NCBI GenBank assembly: GCA_951406725.2
Contig: OX597825.1
Span: forward strand, 6,510,001-6,574,000
From: Octopus vulgaris
Taxonomy: Eukaryota
Direction of reading: 5' to 3'
Length of the DNA stretch: 64,000 nt
Shown: piece by piece, positions 54,986-64,000 of the stretch
Layout of the letters: the number at the start of each line of letters is the position of its first letter
Position numbering within the stretch: position 1 is the stretch's first letter
The notes under the pieces: generated by a model
Database searches by the model: none
Told to the model about the DNA's origin: nothing
The model's input: only the letters and a program-made list of their open reading frames with translations
Translations under genes and position numbers: made by a program

Positions 54986-55620
54986 AGATGCATCTATTTT
55001 CTGTCGACTTTGTTCCCAGTACCTATATGGGAATCTTCTGCTGTTCCCCAGGGTGAAGTACCACCAATATTATGAAACACCACTCTCTATGAAAATACAA
55101 TTATTTAAAATTTCTAATGTATTCTTGTTGGTATATTTAGTAAACTTAGTGAGTCACCATAATAAACCGCTTATCAACTAATTCTATAAGTTCAGCAAAC
55201 AATTTTCTTTACACGATATTTTCTTTCCTTAATTTACCTCAAAGTAATTTTACAATAATTTCTTTATCTCGCTCCGTTAATGACCTCTTTACCATTCTCT
55301 GATAAACTGGTAAAATCCTCATCAATAACGACTATAACCGAAATTTTGTATTCCATTAATTTACCTGTTTGGTATCATTGCTACAATGAAGCAACCAATT
55401 TTATTGGAGACATATTATAGCACCATGTGAAGAAAATTAGTATTCTTTGTTTCGTGAAGATCAGTAGCAGCATTGTTGAAGAACTAGAAACCTAAATCAA
55501 TTCCAACTCCATTATTCTTTATCAATTTCAATGCATCTTTTATTTGTTTCAGTCATTAGACTGCGGCCATGCTGGGGCACTGCCTTGAAGAACTTAAATC
55601 AAATGAATCGACTACAGTTC

Positions 55621-55777
55621 TATATTTAAGAGATGAGGAATTATGTACATTGTTTACATTTGACGGATATTTGTCCTCATCTTCTTTGTTGTTAACACAC
55701 CGTTTCGGCTGATATACCCTCCAGCCTTCATCAGGTGTCTTGGGGCAATTTCAAACCTGGGTTCTCGTTCCTAAGGT
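55621..55777 (-). mobile_element. Family A 3' portion (HHR plus tail), ends at (TA)n
   Basis: HHR at 55694-55739 with intact CTGATGA and CAGCC-GAAAC. Confidence 0.85.
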
Positions 55778-56178
55778 ATATATATATACCAATTGATGTA
55801 TGAGGTTTTGTCAGTGAACAGGTCGCGGTCTCAAAGCAACGAAAATATTTTGACAAATTAGATTTGAATCGAACGGTTTTTGTATGTTTCTTAAATGGCT
55901 TATAAGCACCTTTCATGATGCAATTGTTTTCGTTCCAGCACACGATCTCAGATCAAGTCACTCATTATGCATACTACCTCTAGATCCCTCCATTTTTGTG
56001 CCGCATTAATTAAGGGTAAAACCACTTTTTAGCCTTGCCTATTTATTACGCTCAATAGTGTAATTGCCACACAATATCCAACACCTATATACTAATAATT
56101 GGGTATTCTATCAGCAGTATATTGGATAGATACTATCCCTTAGTTGGTTGAATTCACAACCTCTAACTCTCTTTGAAT

Positions 56179-56236
<58 letters not shown>

Positions 56237-56237
<1 letters not shown>

Positions 56238-56440
56238 TGATAAAAATTGTAAGACAACAAAAGAATGAAAGAGACCTTGATATGTAAATAGAAGAATTTA
56301 TCTGTAAATGTGATATGTGACAATTATTTGGTAGCCTTGATAAACTGAAGAGATGGCGGCATGGATTTCCACCCTGACATCCGAAACTCAGAGTTTTATC
56401 ATGACTACCGAATAATTGTCACATATCACATTTACAGATA
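56237..56440 (+). mobile_element. Family D hairpin element with hammerhead core in the loop
   Basis: Arms 56299-56344 and about 56395-56440 enclose CTGAAGA-GATG..CATC-CGAAAC-TCA-GAGT; flanked by (TG)n and (TA)n. Confidence 0.75.
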
Positions 56441-57094
56441 TATATATATATATATTGAGTGAATCTCTTGCTACTTTGAGTTTTGTCTTTGTCTCTGTGG
56501 GTGTACAGGTTCTTCAGACAAATTATAACACCATAACTTGCCTGAAGATACTATTCACCACAAGCAAAACTCAGAGACTGACTTGACCAAAATAGAACAT
56601 ATTTTATATTATTAATCTTCACTATGGTACCAAATACTCTTTTTCTAAATGACCATATAAGGCCTGCTATCAAAGAGTATGTATAAAGAGAAGGTTGTTT
56701 ACCGACACTTTATTATAAAAAAAAATTGCAAAAGAACGGTTTCGTGAAGTTACTTAATACAAAGCCATAAAGGTCACTTAAGTGTTGCAAATTTCTTCAC
56801 ATTAATTTAATCAATTGCAGTATTTTACTCTTCATTCACACTTTTAAGAAATATATTTCCAGTCTTAATAATTTCTTTATAATTAATAGAGACCCCACCC
56901 CACGCCCACTGCTTTTGACTGCTTAATTGAATGTGATGTGGAACTAACTTGTTCAATGTTTATATATATGCGAGTTTATTCTTTCTTTCAAACACTGACT
57001 CCAATCTTCCAAAGCGGAATTTCCTCCTCATTTCTAAAAGATTTTTGCCCAATTTATACACCAAATTACCTTCAGTTTTTCAGAATATTTCAAA

Positions 57095-57512
57095 ACTAGA
57101 ACATTAATTCAAAACCATATATAGACATAATATACATACATACATGCACACATACATACATATCTACACACACACACATACATATATATATACACACACA
57201 CATACATACATATACACACACATATATATATCTATATCTACACATGCATACATACATATATCTACACACACATACATACATATATCTACACACACATACA
57301 TGTATATATATATATCTATCTATATGCATGTATATATATATATATATATATGTATGCATGTATATATATATGTATATATATATGTATGCATGTATATATA
57401 TATGTATGTATGTGTATGTATATATATATATATATATATATATAGTTATAGTAATCTATCTATAAGCATATATGCATCTGTATGTGTGTGTGGGTGTATT
57501 ACACACACACAC
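57095..57512. repeat. CA/TA/TG low-complexity array
   Basis: Direct reading. Confidence 0.9.
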
Positions 57513-57949
57513 TAATTGTACTGACCGCAGTCTTACATGTGTAATATAATGATTTGCTCAGTATCCTTGCAATCCATCCATTTTCTCATTCATCCATAAT
57601 TCTTCTGAGGTTAGCTATTCAGATTTTTATTTATCATTCTTGTAATTTATGGTGTATGAGCAATCAATGATTCTGAAAAGGAAATGGTTTGGAAGTGCTC
57701 CTATGACAGGCTCCTAAGTGTGAAGTATGCACAGGAGAGGCAAAGAGGAGGGGAGAGAGACTAAGAGAGCCTTCCAAATGTGAATCTGACAGAGAGAGAC
57801 CAGGGATTCTAGGTGATAAGACAAAGAAAGCCATTGGTCCATTAGGAATAACTGTTGTGTTGTTTTAAATATCTTGTGGATTGGGGTATGACATAGTCAC
57901 CTAAGAGTAAAGGTGATATATTAGGGGGGAGATATTACAGAGGTATAAG

Positions 57950-59560
57950 ACTGCTGGACCAGGTCTTAGTTGTTACAGAAAGAGCTACAGCACAACTGAT
58001 TGCGGAGAGGGTAAGATTAGATGCGATGCAGTTTGGTTTTGTGTCAGGGTGAAGCACCACTGATGCTCTCTTTCAAAAAAGACAAATGCAAAAGTATTCT
58101 ACCAAAAGTAAATTGTTATACTTGGCTTTTCTTGACCTGGAGGAAGCTTTTGACATGGTGCTTTGCTCTCTGATTTGATGATTTCTTTGGAACTAGTAGA
58201 TGACTGGCTAATGAGTACCATCCAAGCCATGAACAGGGATTCTGTCAGCAAGGGGAGAGTTAGCAATTTAGACAGTAGGTAGGAGTTTGTCAGAGATCAA
58301 CTCTCAGTCCCCTCCTATTTATCATTGTCCTCAAGGTCAAAACAGAAGTTTTATACTGGTTGTCCATCAGCATTTATGCTATTGACCTTAGTCTTATAAC
58401 AGAATCTGTAGCAGAATAAGAAAAGAAATTCCAGGTGTGGAAGCAAAACCTGGAATCAAAAGGCCTTAAAGCTAACTTAGCAAAGATAAAAATTTTATCA
58501 TCAACATCATCATCGCTTAACGTCCGCTTTCCATGCTAGCATGGGTTGGACGATTTTGACTGAGGGCTGGCAAACTAGATGACTGCACCAGGCTCCAATC
58601 TTGATTTGGCAGAGTTTCTACAGCTGGATGCCCTTCCTAATGCCAACCACTCCGAGAGTGTAGTGGGTGCTTTTTACGTGCCAATGGTACGGGGCCAGTC
58701 AGGCGATACTGGCAATGATCTCACTTGAATCTTTTTACACATTCCACTGGCACAGGTGCCAGTAAGGCGACATTGGTAACAATCATGCTCGTTTACATAT
58801 TATTCCAGAAAAATGGACTGGTTGATTGATATATGGAAATGTATGCAGTGCAGAGTATGGACCCACAAAACATGCTGGGAGATCAAAGGAAGATTAAAAG
58901 AGAAAGTAGATTTTTTGGGGAGAATATGCAGAAGCAGTAAACACTAAGAACATGTGGGAGACAGAATTTCCCACATGGCCTAGAAGACTCTGGAAAGGTA
59001 GTAGACGATATCTGTTTACATGGGTGAGCCTAATTATCAGTGGAGGAGGATGTTCTGAAAGGATAGTCGCTAGAATACTGACCAGGTTAAGACAGCTGTT
59101 GCCTTAGTTGTCAACAAAAGACTTCTTTTTTCATGGTGAAAGGGAAATTGTATGATACTCATGAACAAGCAGCACCACTGTATGGTTGTGAAATGTGGGT
59201 CGTGAATGCAAAGGACAGGCAAAGACTAGAAACTCAATGAAGCTAGCATGCCTTAGTGGATATGGAAACGTCAGTGTGCTTGTAGAAGACAATGCAAATG
59301 TGTTGAGAGAAGAATTTGGTGAGGCATTGAATGTAGTGTGCAAGAGAGAAGACTGCAGGTATGAGAATTTGACGTATATGGATGAGGGCAGTTGCATGAA
59401 GAAGTGCCAATTGCTAAAAGTGGATGAAACTTGTGGAAGTGGGAGATCTAGGAAGAGATGGAATGCAATAGTGAAGACCAACCTGAGGTTGTTGAACCTC
59501 ACAATCTATTTGGCCAAGGGCCGGGATGAATAGGGATTCACTGTGTCCAAGAAAACCCAT
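57950..59560 (+). mobile_element. Old degraded RTE LINE interrupted by a younger minus-strand RTE 3' module (58500-58790)
   Basis: QFGFVSG*STTDA, LAFLDLEEAFD, LSPLLFII, GSGRSRKRW. Confidence 0.8.
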
Positions 59561-59709
59561 CTATTTCAACAAAAATGAGGTCATGAAAACATGTCATTTA
59601 TGTCTGTGGGTCTCACAGTCAACCTGTGCTTGCCAGGCCTTCCCAGTAATTCATCTTTGTAACAGCCACTCTTCCCTCACACTTCTAACAGCTGCTGTAA
59701 TCATATCAC

Positions 59710-60072
59710 TTTTACTTTTACTTGTTTCAGTCATTTAATTGTGGCCATGCTGGAGCACCGCCTTTAGTCGAGCAAATCGACTCCAGGACTTATTCTTTGT
59801 AAACTTAGTACTTATTCTATCAGTCTCTTTTGCCGAACTGCTAGGTTACATGGACGTAAACACACCAGCATCAGTTGCCAAGTGATACTGGGGGGACAAA
59901 CACAGACACACAAACGTATACACACACACATACATAAATATACATACATACGACGGGCTTCTTTCAGTTTCCATCTACCAAATCTACTCACAAGGCTTTG
60001 GTTGGCCTGAGGCTATAGTCGAAGACACTTGCCCAAGGTGCCACACAGTGTGACTGAACCCGGAACCATGGT
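59710..60072 (-). mobile_element. tRNA SINE
   Basis: Reverse complement of 38889-39292. Confidence 0.85.
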
Positions 60073-60230
60073 TCACATATACACCCTAATACACAAACAA
60101 TACATGCAGCACATCAAGATTTACAGTTACATATTCAGTTATATGAAAGCCTTTGGAAAATGTTGATGGAACAGGTTCATACAAAACTGTTTGTAGCCAC
60201 AAAACTGACAAGCATATTGTATACATTCCT

Positions 60231-60395
60231 ATATTTAAGAGATGAGGAATTATGTACATTATTTACATTTGACGGATATTTGTCCTCATCTTGTTTGTTG
60301 TTAACACAACATTTCAGCTGACATACCCTCCAGCCTTCATCAGGTGTCTTGGGGAAATTTCGAACCTGGGTCCTCGTTCCTAAGGTATTTTTCGA

Positions 60396-60442
<47 letters not shown>

Positions 60443-60767
60443 TCACTGCCTGGAATCAAACTTGGAATCTTGGGGTTAGTAGCCCGCGCTCTTAACCACT
60501 ACGGGCATATGGTGTAGTGGTTAAGAGTATGGGCTACTAACCCAAGATTCCGTGTTCAATTTCAGGCAATGACCTGAATAATAATAATAATAATGATGAT
60601 GATGATGATAACAACAACAACGTTGAAAAATACCTTAGGAATGAGGACCCAGGTTCGAAATTTCCCCAAGACACCTGTTGAAGGCTGGAGGGTATATCAG
60701 CCGAAACGTTGTGTTAACAACAAACAAGATGAGGACAAATATCCGTCAAATGTAAATAATGTACATA
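60231..60767. mobile_element. Family A complete inverted dimer: HHR-(ATT)n-tRNA / tRNA-(AAT)n-HHR
   Basis: About 250-bp arms around 60502-60512; HHRs at 60303-60348 (-) and 60670-60715 (+); box A TGGTGTAGTGG and box B-like GTTCAATTTC. Confidence 0.92.
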
Positions 60768-61299
60768 TGTATACATGATATTTGTTAAACATGTAGAATT
60801 TTAGAATTGTAAAATTTAACCTTGGTTCACAGTTTATCTGTGGAACTGGTCATGTTATTTTACTCTATGAATGCTTGAACAAATTGTTGAAATCCTGTGC
60901 TTACAAATGATACATGATGCCAAGGCAACAAGATGTATTACATCCATTGCCATAGTAACCTATTTTAAATCTGTTATCCTTTCCCCAAAACCTTTCTTTA
61001 CTTCAGATGTATAGCGATTCTGGGAAAAAGACACTAAACTTGACGTGATTTTGAAATATTTCTGACTGCTGCAATTACAAACATTTCCGTCATTATGAAA
61101 TATTTGTATCAGCGGCAGTATTGCCATTATTAAGAAGTCTCTTTGAAAGGGTGGAACTTTGCGCAAATAAAATGGACGCTACATTTGAAATGAAAGCAAG
61201 TAAAAGAAATAAACAGACAACACTTAAAGCTATTCTCCATAATGATAAAGGGTCGCTGATCTTAGAGGAATAAAAACATGATGGAAAGTCAGTATTTAC

Positions 61300-61620
61300 T
61301 GTTTGAACTTGAAAGACAAATATACTTGGCCGCTGTAAGAAGCCAAGAAGAAGAAGAAGAATTGGTTTTATGCTGAAGAGTACATGTTTAAAAGAAATAG
61401 AAAAGTCAAAGTAGGAAGATCAACTGTGTCTAACTACCTTGATAAAAAGATGATCAACCAGTGCATGATGCCAGCAACGAGTTGTGGATAGGAGACCTGT
61501 ACACTGACCGAAAATGTTGAACGACAGCTGGAGACTGTGCAAAGAAAAAGTGAGAGATTTATCAAGTAGAAAATAGATACAACATTTTGATGACACACAG
61601 ACAGAGCAGTTCATAAATGA
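61300..61620 (+). mobile_element. Highly decayed LINE RT C-terminal fragment
   Basis: YLG..NQCMMPATSCG*ETCTLTENVERQLETVQRK, resembling CILPxxxYGxETWTL. Confidence 0.55.
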
Positions 61621-61981
61621 TTGAGATTTTAGGGAGATCCAGTAGGAAAGATGCTTATAGGCCTCTTCATCTCTAGTTTCTCTTGTCTTCAATGAATTTC
61701 TTTTAGTTTTTGGCATTTAGATGTATCTAATGGTTGTGGACAAGACTCTGTTATACTCTTATGGGAGTTGATTGCTCTTCTGTTTAAAGAACTGTTTGGA
61801 TGTTGTTGATAAGACATCGCCAGGAGAAAGCAGACTGGTGAAAAATAGTGGATCACTAGACTTGCATCATTTAAGCTTGTTCTTCTGAGTTCAAATTGAT
61901 TTGGCCGTTCACCCCACAAGAAATGATAAAAGTAGTCAATTAATGGGTTTGGTTCAATCAACTCATCTATCTAGCTATCTA

Positions 61982-62015
<34 letters not shown>

Positions 62016-62020
<5 letters not shown>

Positions 62021-62244
62021 TTTATTTAAAAACAGCAGAAATATAACAAAAGCTGTTACTTGGAGTTTCATGTTCCCATTCATTGGACAGTTTTGTTGAA
62101 ATAGAACAAAACTGTCCAAGGAACGGGAATGTGAAACTCTGAGTAACAGCTTTTGTTATATTTCTGCTGTTTTTAAATAAAGTATATTACTCTACCTCTG
62201 GTATTTGAGTACTCTTTTCCACCTTGTTTATGTGCTTACTCCAG
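62016..62244 (+). mobile_element. Family E palindromic element with hammerhead-like motif in each arm and a 3' tail, inside (TA)n
   Basis: Arms 62016-62099 and 62106-62186; right arm reads CTGT-CCAAGGA-ACG-GGAA-TGT-GAAAC-TCT-GAGTA-ACAG. Confidence 0.8.
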
Positions 62245-62256
62245 TATATATATATA

Positions 62257-62298
<42 letters not shown>

Positions 62299-62454
62299 TA
62301 TTTAGCTGAAGCAACAGAGTGATTCAAGGTCTAAGAATTTCATGCGTAGCTTCTGCTAAATATTAATAAAAATATATATACTAATGTTTTGATTTCTATT
62401 TTTCCTGTTTGCATCACCAAATCTATAGAAATATATATATATATATATATTGTT

Positions 62455-62620
62455 TTTAAATGTTGGCACAAGGCCAGCCAGTTCTGGGGAGAGGGTAAAT
62501 CAATTACATCAACCCCAGTGTCCAACTGGTACTTGTTTTATTGAGCCTGAAAGAATAAAAGGCAATGTCGACCTTGGTGGAATTCGAGCTCAGAAAGTGA
62601 AAATGGATGACATGCCACTA
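62455..62620 (-). mobile_element. tRNA SINE, degraded
   Basis: Matches 3410-3585. Confidence 0.7.
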
Positions 62621-62637
62621 AACCTATATATATATAT

Positions 62638-63016
62638 ATAAAATAATTATAAATAAGGGCAAAAGAAAAGAAAATTTCTATGCCAATATGCTGAGAAATA
62701 GATCTTAGATCGGCAGTCACCACATACAATATACATCACTATAAATACATTGTGCTGAAATCTAGGAAACCAGAATTTTTTTTAAATGCGTTATCGCTGT
62801 CAGCTTACTATCCTTGATTCAACATGATGTGTATTCATAGTGATGTATATTGTAACGTGGTGATTGACGATTTAAAGTCTATTTCTCAACATATTGGTAT
62901 AGAAATTTTTTTTCTGTTGCCCTTATTTATAATTGTTTATAATTTTCACCTTTAAAGGTATTTTAATAAGTTGGTCACTTGATGAAATTTTTGGAGAACA
63001 TTTTCTTCTATATTAG
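62638..63016. repeat. Palindromic element (about 125-bp arms) with one-sided tail, inside (TA)n
   Basis: 62638-62765 pairs with about 62813-62940; unique tail to 63016. Confidence 0.85.
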
Positions 63017-63047
<31 letters not shown>

Positions 63048-64000
63048 ATGTTATATTCACTCAAATGAATAATGGTGTTATGCCAATAAGAGAAATCAGT
63101 ACATCAGCCTTCTCTTCCTCTCCATCATCATCATCACTACCCTCAATGACTATGATGTATGTTGGTTTCATTTAGTAAAATTCTCCAAGCATAATTAGAG
63201 AGTGGACAGTCATGAAAGTGAGACTATGAAAGGACTTAATGTTTCTTAGAAGCCCAGATTAAGACTTGTTTGTGGGGATCTTCCCATCAAGGGCTGGCCC
63301 AAAGGATAACCATACTTCAAAGGCCTTTCAGTATTAATCTTATTAATGGAGGTTATCAAGTTTACATTCAATATGCCAGCTACCTGTTCCCTCCAGGGGC
63401 CGAGATAAAGTGTTTTTACTAAGAAGTCTTGCATGCTGTGTAAATTGTAATTCAATCAAGTTGGTTTTACAAGGAGAAGAAGAAGAACAACAACTGTGAT
63501 GACTAGTTTTGCTGAAAGAAACCACATACAAGAGTTTATGACATGAACCAGTGAAGGTGTGGGTCTGCAGTTGTATGTGTGCAATTGTGCAGCTGCAAGC
63601 ACAGTGGCACTCACTTTGTGAATAAAGGTGTTGGGACATATGAGATAAAATTAGTGGCATGGAAGTTGAATAGTGTTTTAAAAAGAGGGGGAAAATAATT
63701 AATTAATACAGGGTGGGGTATGAGTGCCAGTGTAGAAGAAAAGATGGAGTAGCAGTAGCAGCAGCAGCAGCAACACCACAGCAGCAGCAGCAGTAGCGGC
63801 AGCAATGGTTGCACAATATTCAGAAAGTAAAATTAGACATCTACAGGCCAGTTGTTGAAATTAAATGAAGAGCTCAAACTAATGCAACTATGTGGCAGAT
63901 ATTAAAAGCAAATTTAATTATAACAATAAACACATCAAAAGAAACATAAACAATCAAGGAACAAGATGGAAACGGCAGAAAGTACTGGAAGACTTAGTCC

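Noticed and set aside
60503-60575. Functional tRNA gene
   Set aside because: No proper acceptor stem or terminator; it is part of a repeated element

Overview
AT-rich animal genomic DNA dense in microsatellites. The SINE and RTE repeat families look like Octopus (coleoid cephalopod); this is pattern recall, not a database hit. There are no long intact ORFs, and most of the ORF track is (TA)/(CA) repeat translation. Gene content: three phase-compatible minus-strand exons at 0.9-3.0 kb; a CpG-rich promoter at 6.2-6.6 kb (YY1, E-box, DRE, strong donor) with weak downstream plus-strand exons; and a minus-strand terminal exon at 34.4-34.5 kb encoding a GPI-signal or tail-anchor-like C-terminus, followed by about 10 kb free of transposons. 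The rest is transposable elements: a Penelope-like (PLE) RT+GIY-YIG remnant, RTE LINEs and their (GAT)n-tailed 3' modules, CR1 and HERO-like fragments, tRNA SINEs, and mariner/hAT MITEs. The most striking signal is a set of at least five unrelated short non-coding elements carrying minimal type I hammerhead ribozyme (HHR) motifs. Many are head-to-head inverted duplications with a one-sided tail, sitting in (TA)n. One family fuses a Pol III tRNA-like head to a hammerhead, making it a candidate Penelope-mobilised ribozyme-SINE.
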